64,000 nucleotides of DNA from Octopus vulgaris. Taxonomy: Eukaryota. The stretch's first letter is position 1. Each line of letters opens with the position of its first letter. The position numbers were made by a program, and so were the translations under genes. The notes under the pieces are model-generated. The model had not been told where the DNA came from and ran no database searches. It saw nothing but the letters and a program-made list of their open reading frames with translations. The stretch spans positions 114,390,001-114,454,000 of the forward strand of contig OX597817.1 of the NCBI GenBank assembly GCA_951406725.2. The letters are read 5' to 3'. This document shows, one piece after another, positions 1-12,092 of the stretch.

Positions 1-433
1 ATCTGGCTTATATCAAATTGATCTCTTTTCTTATTGTTCTTGTTTATAGATATATTTCATGAGTGAATGTCATTGAATATTCTTTATGATGGTCATAGCA
101 CTAAATTAAACTTGGTAGAGAGCCATAGTACCAATTATACACACATACACACACACACACACACACTTATTTTATAAACTAATCAACAAACAACCTTTTT
201 TTTTATCACTACTGGTACTAAAACAATAATTGTTTCATTATATTTTTATATTCTTTAAAATATTTAAGAGCTATAAAATAAGTACTCTTTGTTGTTAAAA
301 TGTTACAAGAACATGAGAGGAAAATCCCATAAAGACATGATTTTTTAATGGCAAGAGCAAAGTCTGCTGTAGTGTTCTGAATCATTTATATATATTATGA
401 ACATTCTTGAAAAATTCCTGCAAGCTACTCCTC

Positions 434-781
434 CTTTACTCTTTTACTTGTTTCAGTCATGTGACTGTGGCCATGCTGGCGCACCGCCTTTAGTTGAGCA
501 AATAGACCCCAGGACTAATTCTTTGTAAGCCTAGTACTTATTCTATCAGTCACTTTTGCCAAACCACTAAGTTACGGGGATGTAAACACACCAGTATCGG
601 TTGTCAAGCGATGTTGGGGAGACAAACACAGACACAGTTTCTGTCTACCAAATCCACTGACAAGGCTCTGGCCGGCCTGAGGCTATAGTAGAAGACACTT
701 GCCCTAGGTGCCACACAGTAGGACTGAACCCGGAACCATGTGGTTCGTAAGCAAGCTACTTACCACACAGCCACTCCTACA
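434..781 (-). mobile_element. tRNA-derived SINE, family A (octopus OR-like, CORE-like motif)
   Basis: Reverse complement of the copy at 5314-5735: A/B-box head, gcacctagggcaagtgtcttctactatagcc, tail gactgaaacaagtaaaagag. Confidence 0.9.
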
Positions 782-904
782 CCTATAAATATTATTGTAT
801 AACTGTGAATTTTATTCCCTTTCTTCACAACCGAAGTGCTGCTAATTCACATATCTGGGGAAGTATTGCTGCTCTAAGATCTAACATCCTTGGTTGCATC
901 CATC

Positions 905-1160
905 TTAAAACCCTATAGCTGACTGCTTAAATCTCTTAATATCGACTCCCATAAGACCACCTATACTGTAAGTGATCAGGTTCAAATTAAAATCTTGCTA
1001 AAACTCTAATCTCTGTTGAACAACATCAGAATGATATAACAATATATATAACAGTGACAATTTTTACACTAAACTCTTAAAAAACTTTTGATTATTTTGA
1101 AAATTAATTGAAACAGTTAGGCATGTTACTAATTAGAAACTGAGGTTTGAAAGGGTTAAA
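905..1160. mobile_element. Degenerate piggyBac-type MITE (family P2)
   Basis: Ends in aaagggttaa; internal similarity (reverse) to 31105-31560 and 33790-34012. Confidence 0.5.
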
Positions 1161-1185
1161 GATTCAGTCACTGTAACTGCTGATA

Positions 1186-1320
1186 AGGCAAAATGGCAGA
1201 GTCATTAGAGTGATGAGTAGAATGCTTTGCATTTGTTTTGCTTCTTTGCATTATGAGTTCAAATTCTGCTGATGTCTTTTGGAGGTTGATAAAGCATCAG
1301 CCTAGTACTGAGGTTGACAC
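1186..1320 (+). mobile_element. SINE family B, degenerate partial copy
   Basis: tggcagagtcattag...gagttcaaattctgctga matches the head of 33538-33756. Confidence 0.65.
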
Positions 1321-1499
1321 TTCTGTCTGTCTGTCTGCCTGTCTGTCTCTCTCTCCCCCCTCTCTCTCTCTCTCTTTGTTTCTGTCTGTCTGCCTATCTG
1401 TTTCTCTGTCTCTTTCTTTCTTTCTTTCTACTTTTTCCTTTTTCTCAATGAAATCAGCTGTGGCCAAATCTGAAAAGGGATGGGTTCTGACGGGTTTAA

Positions 1500-1590
1500 A
1501 TGCTCAAGACAAAGTTAGAACTGGCTGGAGAACACTGATCCATCGAGTAACCGAGAGTCGACTTCGACTGAGCGGATAGTTAAGTTAATG
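1500..1590 (+). mobile_element. RTE/BovB-type LINE, extreme 3' end
   Basis: Translates AQDKVRTGWRTLIHRVTESRLRLSG*, resembling the RTE-BovB C-terminus (DREAWRAAVHGVAKSRTRLS*). Confidence 0.7.
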
Positions 1591-2886
1591 GTCGGTTTAA
1601 ATGCTAAAGAGTTAAGACCAGATCAGCTGATCCACTGAATCTAACCAATTCATTTTCAACTTATTACTGTTCTAACTGTAAATGATGGAAGATTCAAGCA
1701 GGTTCTGCTTTTTTGAACTAGCATTATGTTCATCACCTCTCCCCAGACACACTTGATATATCTGCTTCTCCTCCTTTCATCCTCTATTCTTTGTTTCATT
1801 CCCTTATACTTCACTAAAATCTTCTTTCATAGAACTACAGCTCTATACAGTTCCCACTTCATCCATATTGTTTCCAACTCATCCAATTTAGAAAGGTATG
1901 TACTTTCTATAGCCATTGTTGGTCTTCAACAAGAAAATGCATATTAAATAAAAAAGCAAGGAGAAAAATTTGAAATGTTGCTCATGTGTGAGAAACTAAT
2001 TTCCAATAATGGAAACATTGTGGCTTATTGATGATGGCTGAAAAGATTAAAACTGGTCTTTTGATAAGAGACTCATGCATTTGTATCCCACCTCATGAAT
2101 AAAGCAATGGAAATATGTACCTCTTCAAAATATTAACTTGGCAGCAAAAGAATGAATATTAAAAAAAAAAATACACACAAAGAAAATGATTTAGTATTGG
2201 AGTTCTTAACTAATTGGAAAATTGACTTCTACTTTGGTCATTTATTATGACTAGATCAAATGGTGAACAGACTAGTGTGTAGACTACAGGAGAAAAGACT
2301 AGAAGAGACTAGCAATTATCCAATGATTTATAATGTCATTAAGTAATAATTTATTGTCATTAACAAGCTGGTCAAATTGGTTAATGAACCAAAATTTTCT
2401 CTTATTTTCCAGGAAAGAGTAAAAAATGAAAAAAATGTTGATCATAAGAAAAAAAAAATCTAACTTTAATGAGCTAACGAAGAAGCCATTATTTGGTTGG
2501 TTTGGCCTGCTAGAAATAGTAAAATCTCTCTCGCAAGTCACAATTTGCCATATTAAATACTGCAAAGATGTGTCAGATAATATAGTTTTACATAACACTA
2601 AAAAACAAAAAAAAAGAATAAATTAGCCTTAATTGGAATGTTGACATTGGTCAACTTGATCAGGGATGACCAGGGGTAAATGATAATAACAACAATAATA
2701 TACCACAATTTTATCTATCTTATCCCTTGGTTTTCTCCTTCCTTCATACCTCTTCTAACTATCTGTCTTCTGGCTCACTTGTACTCTTGTAAGTAATATA
2801 GATTTTGATAAATTTCAATGGGTTATGCAAGAAACATTGGAGGAATATTAGTCATGTATTATAATATTGCATTATGTATTATGATA

Positions 2887-3123
2887 TCTATTTCTTTATT
2901 GTCCACAGGGGGCTAAACATAGAGGGGACAAACAAGGACACACTCAAAGGGATTAAGTAGATTACATTGACTCCAGTACATAACTGGTACTTATTTGATT
3001 AACTTTGAAAGGAGGAAAAGCAAAGTTGACCTTGGTGGAATTTGAACTCAGAACATAATGGCAGATGAAATACCACTAAGCATTTTTCCCGGCATGCTAA
3101 CAATTCTGTTAGCTCGCTGCCTT
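2887..3123 (-). mobile_element. SINE family B
   Basis: Reverse complement of 33538-33756, including the tail ccccctgtggacaataaagaaata. Confidence 0.9.
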
Positions 3124-3129
3124 TATATA

Positions 3130-4175
3130 TTATAATATTGAAGCAACATTGATGCAGTATTGATGCAACATTGGGGCAGCCCATGATGCAATATTTAGGG
3201 CAGTATTAGTGCAATATTTGGTGTAGGAGTAATGCTGATGCAATATTGGCATAATATTGATGAAATATTTGTGCAACATTGATGTGATGTTTATGCAATA
3301 TTAGTGCAACAGTGAGGGGAACATGGGGAAATCATTGATGCAACATTTATGCAACATTTGGAAACTGTAAGTGCAACACTAGAACAATATTGGTTTGTTA
3401 TTTGTGCAATGTTAATGTAACATCAAAGCAATATTAGTGCAATATTGAGGCAGTATTGGTATGATGTTTGATGTAATATTGTTGCAACATTGGAGAAACT
3501 TTGGTGTAATATTGGTTTAACTTGGGAATGCCATAAGGATAACTTTGTGAAATCATTGGTGCAGTATTGAAGGAACACTGGGTCAATATTATTCCTTTAT
3601 TCTTTTCAGTCATTTGGCTGCAGCCATGCTAGAGCTCCACCTAAAAGGATTTTAGTTGAAGAAATTGACTCCAAGAGTTCTTTGTAAGCCTAGTATTTAT
3701 TGTACTGATCTCTTTTGCCAAACCACTAAATTACATAGACATAAACACACAAGCATCAGTTGTCAAGTGATAGTAGGGGTCAAACACACACACACACACG
3801 CAATGGGCTTGTTCCAGTTTCTGTCTAGCAGATCATTCACAAGGCTTTGGTCTGCCTGAGGCTATAGTATAAAACACTTTCCCAAAGTCCTGTGCAGTGG
3901 GACTGAACCTGGAACCATGTGGTTACGAAGCAAGCTTCTTACCACACAGCCACACCAGCACTTATCAGTTGAACATTTATGCATCTTATATACAATATTG
4001 GTGCAGCATAGATAAAACATTGCTACAACATTGGAGCAACATTAAATTAATACTAAGATAACACTGAGATGAGATTTGGTTTGATGTTTGTGCAAGATTG
4101 ATGAAACTTAAGTGCAATAATGATGCAATATTTGTGGAATATTAGTGTAACCTTCATGCAATGCTGGTGCGACAT
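3130..4175. repeat. Degenerate ~11-bp minisatellite (TGRTGCAAYAT), interrupted by a SINE
   Basis: Dozens of units such as tgatgcaacat, tggtgcagtat, tagtgcaatat at 3130-3590 and 3990-4175. Confidence 0.8.
3592..3960 (-). mobile_element. SINE family A
   Basis: Full-length reverse match to the family A consensus. Confidence 0.9.
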
Positions 4176-4789
4176 ATGGATATATTTTCCAAAGTAAAAT
4201 GTTTCTTTTAGATTCTTCTGGAAAAGTGAAAAAGAAAGAAAAAAAAGAAAAACTAATGTTAGTCATTGATTATTAATATTTTCCCCTCACTGCATTTTTA
4301 TCTTATTCTAACTTTTAAACATTCCATGCAATAAATATATTTTCATTCACTCAACTCTTATTTTTTTCATGCTAGATGGCGTCTCAGAATAAATTTTGCT
4401 TTAAAATAATTCTCATTTTTTTTATTCACTATAATAAATAATACATTTCAGTATACTCACTTAGCAATTTGTTTGTTAACACTTCAATAAAGTTTTGACA
4501 AAATTATATTTTAGCTGAGAAATCCCCAAAATGTCTACTGTTGTCCCTTCTGTAACTGATGCTAAAAAGAAATAATGATTTCTGAAAGAGATACCATATC
4601 CCTGCACATTGTAAGAGGCAGCTAGAAGGTTTAGTGTCAGGAAAGGCATCCAACTACAAAACATTGCTCCAGAAAGAATCTCATGATGATAGTCACGGGG
4701 CTTGCAAGGCTAAATCCTGCTTTAGCAGGGGTGTAAACGGTCTCTAAAACCTCTTTGTCGTGGTTGTTGTGACACAGGAACAGGGTCAC

Positions 4790-5280
4790 AAATTTTGTGT
4801 GAAGTAGACTAAATCAGCCTCAGTGCTTGATTGGTACTTTATTTTATTGACCCCATAAGAATGAAAAAAAAAAATGCAAATGTCGGTAGGATTTGAACTG
4901 AGAACATAAAACAACATACCTCAATCAGAAAACATTTGGCCCAGTGTGCTAACAGTTCTGCAGATCCACTGCTTTAGAGGGGAAAAATGATAATTTGTTC
5001 TAATATTGACACAAGGCCTGAGTGTTTGTTGAGAGGGGTTAGTTGATTACATCAACCATAGTGCTGAACTCGTACTTATTTTATCTACTCCAAAAAGATG
5101 AAAAGCAAAGTTGACCTCACTAGTATTTCAGACTGGAAAAATAATAATGATTTCTAACAGTGGTAGGATGCCACAGATTTTTGTGAAGGGTATGAATGGT
5201 TAGATCAAACTTAAACACTTAGCTAGTACTTTATTTCAGTGACCCAGTAAGGATGCAAGACACTGTGGACCTTGCAGTGG
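4790..5280 (-). mobile_element. Three tandem degenerate SINE family B fragments
   Basis: Repeated motif gtacttatttt..gacccc..aaggatgaaaggcaaagttgacc at ~4835, ~5072 and ~5226. Confidence 0.7.
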
Positions 5281-5313
5281 AACTTTGTAGATTGATTAAA
5301 ATTATGTATGAGA

Positions 5314-5735
5314 GGCGCAGGAGTGGCTGTGTGGTAAGTAGCTTGTTTACCAACCACATAGTTCCGGGTTCAGTCCCACTGCGTGGCACCTTGGGCAAGT
5401 GTCTTCTACTATAGCCTCGGGCTGACCAAAGCCTTGTGAGTGGATTTGGTAGACGGAAACTGAAAGAAGCCCGTCATATATATGTATATATATATATATA
5501 TATGCGTGTGTGTGTTTGTGTGTCTGTATTTGTTCCCCTAGCATTGCTTGACAACGGATGCTGGTGTGTTTATGTCCCCATTACTTAGCGGTTCGGCAAA
5601 AGAGACCGATAAAATAAGTACTGGGTTTACAAAAGAATAAGTCCTGGGGTTGAGTTGCTCGATTAAAGGCGGTGCTCCAGCATGGCTGCAGTCAAATGAC
5701 TGAAACAAGTAAAAGAGAAAAAGAGTAAAAGAGTA
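5314..5735 (+). mobile_element. SINE family A, full-length and well preserved
   Basis: tRNA-like head (gtggctgtgtggtaag A box, gggttcagtccc B box), CORE-like gcaccttgggcaagt, internal (TA)/(TG) tract, (AAAAGAG)n tail. Confidence 0.92.
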
Positions 5736-6036
5736 TTCACCAACTACCACACTTGTAGCTGGGGTACCATAGTACAAATAGATGTTCACATTTTCCTGTA
5801 ATTATGCCTTGCTGATTTAAAAACATTCACATTGGACAGAATCATCAGTGTTACACTAGGCATGAAAAAAGATGAAATGATTATGGCTAGAAAGCCTTTA
5901 GCAATAACAACTGTAAAGTAGAAAGTGAATCCTGCTTGTGTCAGCTTAATATAATATAGAAAAAAAGATTTGAGTGCAGGCATTTAGAAATGCTGTACCA
6001 TTCCTGTCAGTCACTGACAAAAGGGAAAACAAACAA

Positions 6037-6297
6037 TGATTGACTAATATCATTTTGTCTCACTGCATATTTGATTGTATTAAATACATTTCAACTGATT
6101 ATTAACTATTAATAGGGTTAAAAGTCAAATAAATTCTCAGTCTTATTAAACCTATAGAGTCTAATGATTTGTGAGCTATATTTTATTCTAACTGTTGAAT
6201 TGTGTGATATCTTTAATGAGGTTAGAATCTCTGGGAAAGGTCTGTTTTGTTGCGACTAATTTGTTTTCAGCTTAATTCATAGCATTACTAAATCAAT
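6037..6297 (+). repeat. Local duplication, copy of 7797-8065
   Basis: Nearly identical over ~260 bp, with scattered substitutions and a 9-bp indel at taatgatt(attcagatt)tgtgagc. Confidence 0.95.
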
Positions 6298-7035
6298 ACT
6301 GTTCCTCTATGATTGTCAGCTAGAAATATCAGTCTATTTTCTTCCTAATGGCACCCTAGTATCTTAAAATGTGAAAAGACACATTGGATAATGTAAGGTG
6401 TTTCAGGATTAATTATCTATTTCAATGAAATCAGGCAAATTTTCAAAAAAAAAAAAAAAAACTGACAGAATTTTGCATTTACTTACGATACCAAAACAAA
6501 TAGATTTATAAATCTTATGTCAAACTTTATTGAAAATTTTCAAAATGTACTCTCTTTGCATCCCTACAAATTTCATATTGTCTTTAGTGTTACGAAGCAC
6601 ATTTTGAAGCATTTCAAGAATTATCTCCTGCACTACTAACTGAATGTGTTATTTAAGTTCAGCTAAACTATTGCTCCATCCTGGGGATGGGGGTAGAGAA
6701 AATGATTGCAGCCAAATTGAAACAAAGCTGTTGTGGACATATAAGCAAGATTCAATAGGAATGAAAATAAAATCATAAAAAGAATTATAATAATTATAAA
6801 ATTATAAACAAAATTTTTAATTTATACACTTTTAACACATATTCAACATGATAAACCTAAATAAAAGTGAGTTTTTAGAAAAAATTGTTCAATTTCACTG
6901 AAGTAGATTCTTAATTCTGGAACACTCTGTATAGTGTTAGATATAACAGGGTTAAATAAAAGATAGGATGGGTATAGCCGGAATACTTTGGTCAGGTTTG
7001 TTCAGTGATGGTTGAGCTCAGATTAAACAACAACT
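6298..7035 (+). mobile_element. SINE-like family E with (AAC)n tail, split by a MITE
   Basis: gctagaaatatcag...cattggataatgta | tagtgttagat...ctcagattaaacaacaac; reverse of copies at 60660 and 63690. Confidence 0.6.
6396..6929. mobile_element. Tc1/mariner-type MITE
   Basis: ~40-bp imperfect TIRs (aggtgtttcaggattaattatctatttcaatgaaat / atttcactgaagtagattcttaattctggaacactctg) flanked by TA. Confidence 0.75.
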
Positions 7036-7475
7036 TATCATGTTAAACCAAGTTTAAGGATAAAATTAAACTGAGATGACAATGTGCCTATTTATAATTC
7101 ATTTGCTTCTTTGGTAGTAGATTGTTTCATTAAAATTAATCCTGAGATATTCACCAATATTCACAGCAGCAGTTACTGTGGTGAAGATCTTCTTCCATGC
7201 TCTCTGTCGTTTCCATAAAGAGTAGTTTACAATGTATGAAGTATTTTGCTTTCAATGCTGGTCAGTTTGCTCTTACTTGTGACCCTTATTTAAGACCAGA
7301 TCAGCAGTTCCACTAAACCTAATATTGTATCTAGCTAGATTTTCATTCATCGCCATCATTGTCATTGTTTTGTGTTTTTTTTTCTATCTGGCATAGGTTA
7401 GACAAAATTTATTGAGTGCAGAATTTTCAATGACTTGATGCTTACACACACATGCCTGCATACACGCACACACAT

Positions 7476-7540
<65 letters not shown>

Positions 7541-7796
7541 AACTTCATTTATAAGACATTGGTTAACACAAGGCTACAGTAGAAGATATATACCCAAAAT
7601 TCCATGCTTTTACATCCATGTGCATGTCTGATTCACTAAAGAAATGTCTTTTGCAAAGCTCTGTCAATGTGAAAAGGATCTCTAACTTTATTTTTGAAAA
7701 GTGTATACAGAGTGGTCTGCAGTGTGTTTGGTTTGAATGAGTGAGTGGTCAGTGACATTTCTGATCCAAATGAGCTTATTGTTCTCATTTAGATTA

Positions 7797-8065
7797 GATT
7801 GATTGATATCATTTTGTCTCACTGCATATTTGATTGCATTAAATACATTTCCACTGATTGTTAACTATTAATAGGGTTAAAAGTCAAATAAATTCTCAGT
7901 CTTATTGAACCTATAGAGTCTAATGATTATTCAGATTTGTGAGCTATATTTTATTCTAACTGTTGAATTGTGTGATATTTTTAATGAGGTTAAAATCTCT
8001 GGGAAAGGTCTGTTTTGTTGCGACTAATTTGTTTTCAACTTAATTCATAGCATTAATAAATCAAT
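7797..8065 (+). repeat. Local duplication, partner of 6037-6297
   Basis: Direct comparison of the two segments. Confidence 0.95.
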
Positions 8066-9542
8066 TTCAAAGTGAAAATTTCGATGAAGTCTTGTTTTCC
8101 AACTCACCAGATCTGAATTCTTATACGTTTTGGATGTTAGGGTATCACTAAGGACAAGGCCAATGCACCACCGTTATGTAGAAGTCCACTTCCTAATGCC
8201 AACCACTCCGAGAGTGTAGTGGGTGCTTTTACGTGCCACCAGCACGAGGGCCAGTCAGGCGATACTGGCAACGGCCATGCTCAGATGGTGCTTTATATCC
8301 CTTAATCCTGAATTCAAATCCCACTAGGAATTACCTTCCTTTTTCTCAATCCATTTAGTAAAATAAGTTCCTGTTATGCACTGGTTTAGATATGGTGATT
8401 TATATGTTTACAGCAACTGCAAACCTGTCTTTCATATTGGTTTATGGCTTCACTACTGACAAGTTCACTATTTACTTTAGGATTATTTTGGGACAGAGGT
8501 AGCTTATGTGTCTAGTGCCTTAACCATAAAGCTATAAATTTAAGCCAGCAGCAAGAATAGAAGCAGACATAGTTTTAGTAGTCAGTAAGTTGCTTTGCAC
8601 AATGTTTCTTCATTTTAGTAGATTACATTTGTGTCAGCAATGTTCCCAGCTTTTTATGTTCATCTAAACTAGTCATTGCTCTCCGTCAACATAGTCTTGC
8701 TGAAACTGCATCCAACTGCGATAACCTAGGACATTTTGTTGGAGTCATTCATACTGCACATTATTGATTTTTTCAGCCTTAAGTTTTATTTGAGGATTTT
8801 ATGATAATGGATCAAACTGCAAAAATTTTTCCAAGTTTTCCAAGTGAATTATCTCAAGGAAAAACTAATTAGTTTCTCAAGAATTTGCTTGGCGTCAAGC
8901 CAGTGCTCCAGCATGGCCTTAGCCATGATAGCTAAAATAATCTGAAAAAAAAAGAAAAGAAATTAAATAACTACCTCCCGAGCTTTTCTTTTTTCTCTTT
9001 CTCTCTAAACATCAAAATGTTACATCTTTATGGTTAAGTGTCATTTTTGTCTTATAATATAAAAGTCTCTTTTGCTTATATGGAGATGATAATTTTATAG
9101 TTGCATTTATTATGAAGCTGTTTCAGAACTTGGGATTACTGAAGGCGACATAAAATCACTATCAAGGTTAACTAGAATCTTTTGATGTTGTTGTTGTTGT
9201 TGCTCTGCTGAAAAGACCAGTTTTATTACTTTATGCTGAAAGTAACTTATGTATTATGCACATATAACATTTTATATGCTTTATTCATAAAAACATAAAA
9301 AAGAAAAAAAGATATTTGAACATTTTTAAGATGGCACAAGAAAGATTGAAAGCTGGATCAGAAGATACTTTGAATATTATATTTATTTATTTTTCTTCTT
9401 TTTTAACCCGTGTTTTCTACTATATTTCTTATATTATTTAATCTATGGAAAACCGTTGACGATGAAAATAGATGTGTTTTGGGTCATTATTATTATTTTT
9501 AGTAGTTTTATTGAATTTTACTATTTTTGTCTGCATATTTAT

Positions 9543-9579
<37 letters not shown>

Positions 9580-9891
9580 CATACATACATACATACATAC
9601 ATACACAGGCACACAGCCCCCCCCCCACACATAAATGTGTGTATGTATGTGTGTGTGTGTGTATATATATATATTTTGCTGCTGTAGTTGAATGTGTGTG
9701 TGTTTGCAAGAACATTGTCGTAAATTGAGGTATCTTTTTTTTTTTTTACTGTAATTTGAAAACTGTGTGAGGTGCTTCCTGCATGAATTGACATATTTAC
9801 AAGTTCGCCACACATTGGTATGCATGCATGTATGTATGTACACGTCCACATTCGCATTGCAACTTACATATCATACATATAATGTTGTACT

Positions 9892-10338
9892 ATCTTTTTA
9901 TCTTTGACTCATTTCAGTCATTACACTGTGGTCATACTGGAGCACTACCTTGAAGAATTTTAGTCAAATGAATCAACCCCAGTACTTTTTTTTTTTACTA
10001 AGCCTGCTACTTATTATATCAGTCTCTTTTGCTGAAATGCATGCACACATGCACACACACACACACACACATTCCATTTACACTAAGAAATGGGTAAGTT
10101 GGGCCATTGTAAATACCAAAACCTTTCTTGGTGAAGAATGCTATAGATTAGTGGTTAGTTACTTTAGTGTCAGAGCTTGGTCATAGGTTTAGGGATTCTT
10201 TCAGTTTCCATCTACCAAATCCACTTACAAGGCTTTGGTCGGATTAAGGCTGTAATGGAAGACACTTGCCTGAGGTGCCACACATGATGAGGAGAACTAG
10301 AACTATGTGGTTAGGAAACAAACTTCTTACCACACTGC
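9892..10338 (-). mobile_element. SINE family A whose centre is replaced by a copy of 17377-17585
   Basis: SINE 3' part 9892-10040 and 5' part 10195-10338; the insert matches 17377-17585 with an internal deletion. Confidence 0.85.
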
Positions 10339-10339
10339 C

Positions 10340-10588
10340 AATCCAAGCGAAATCATAGTCATGGCCTATGCTGATGATATGTAAAAGGCACCCGTGCCAG
10401 TGACACGTATAAGGCACCCACTACACTCTTGGAGTGGCTGGCATTAGGAAGGGCATCCAGCCATGGAAACCAAGCCAAATCAGACTTGAGCCTGGTACAA
10501 CTTTCCTGGCTCACCAGTCCTATCCTAGTCAAACTGTGTAACTCATGTCAGCATGGGAAATGGACACTAAATGATGATGATGATGATG
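10340..10588 (+). mobile_element. Family D (RTE LINE 3' UTR-derived), (GAT)n tail
   Basis: ggcattaggaagggcatccagcc...cagcatgggaaatggacactaaatgatgatg; the same sequence follows the RT C-terminus at 24860-25100. Confidence 0.8.
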
Positions 10589-10598
10589 TGCGTGTATG

Positions 10599-10636
<38 letters not shown>

Positions 10637-10701
10637 AATTTTTTGCGTAATAAGATAAAAAACCAAGGCTGTATAGATATTAGAGCATTTATAGATAGAA
10701 G

Positions 10702-10753
10702 GTCTTACAGCTGTTTCTAGGATATTAATTAATAATGTCCCTTCATCGGAGAC
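10702..10753 (-). ncRNA. Minimal type I hammerhead ribozyme motif
   Basis: Minus strand reads GUCU-CCGAUGA-a-gggacatta/taatatcct-a-GAAA-C-agcu-G-UA-AGAC. Confidence 0.7.
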
Positions 10754-10788
10754 GGTGTGAGAGGAAAAATTAAGTCATAGTTAGTACC

Positions 10789-10840
10789 GTCTCCGATGAA
10801 GGGATATTATTAATTAATATCCTAGAAACAGCTGTAAGAC
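10789..10840 (+). ncRNA. Minimal type I hammerhead ribozyme motif
   Basis: Stem I gtct/agac; core CCGATGA (U4C variant); stem II gggatatta/taatatcct; GAAAC-agct-GTA with palindromic stem III; predicted cleavage after 10836. Confidence 0.72.
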
Positions 10841-11612
10841 CTTCTATCTATAAATGCTCTAATATCTATACAACCTTGGTTTTTTATTTTATTACACAAA
10901 AAATTCTTATATACACACGCTGACATAGAACCAACATTGAACCCTTTATTCGCAATATTACCGAATCTGGAACTTACCTATGGTCTGTCTATAGCACTTA
11001 TTCTGCATTACCTGACACCTTCGGGTCTGAATGACACCACTATCTCTTATATATATATGTATGTATGCTCACAACAGAGCATGAGAAGGGTGGAGATATA
11101 GCTATATAGTTGTAGGTGGTTACATTATGTAGTGAGATAAACTGTCACACAAGATCTCAATATTTGCTTCCAAATATTCAGTCATGTATTCTGCTGTAAT
11201 TTCTTTTGATCAATTCCTCTTGGTGTTGCTCCAAATTCATGGATGTAGATTGTAAATTCTCTTAGCTAACCTGTATAAACTGGCTTCATGATCTAAATGG
11301 AAATCGTTGTAAAACTCCAGTGGAAAATTGTCCAAATAAATTTAATTTTTGCCTTTGATAATACAGAATATGACACTCTGTAGTCACCATGATATGATTT
11401 GCTGTTTGTTTCTGTTTGTGCCTGTCTGTGCCTGTTTGTGAAATTGTTCATCTCTACCTGTAGTGTATGTAATATGTGTGCACATTACATGCGAGTGCGT
11501 GTGTGATTAGTTGCAGAGCAGTTGTTGTTTTGATGGTGGTGACCTGATATGAGCTCAGCTGTATTGGTAGAACCAGTACATACATAGGTAGCACACATGC
11601 ACACACAAAGCA

Positions 11613-11643
<31 letters not shown>

Positions 11644-11822
11644 CAGCACCTTGTGCTATTGTCTTCTACTATAGCCTTGGGCTAACCAAAGCCTTCTGAG
11701 TAAATTTGGTAGGCGGAAGTTCTGCCATGTGTATACGTGTGGGTGAAAGTGCTTTTGAGGGATACATTCACACACTCATATATGCACTAATGTGTGTGTG
11801 TATTTGTGCTGGTCCTAGTTTT

Positions 11823-12092
<270 letters not shown>

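Larger units (their letters stand above)
10631..11049. mobile_element. Penelope-like element terminal (pLTR) fragment with an inverted partial copy, inserted in (TA)n
   Basis: 126-bp near-perfect inverted arms 10631-10756 / 10786-10911 with a 29-bp spacer, a hammerhead motif in each arm, TA tracts on both flanks. Confidence 0.7.

Noticed and set aside
10631-10911. MITE or miRNA precursor
   Set aside because: The right arm continues ~140 bp before the TA tract, and the arms contain hammerhead cores; this fits an inverted Penelope pLTR better
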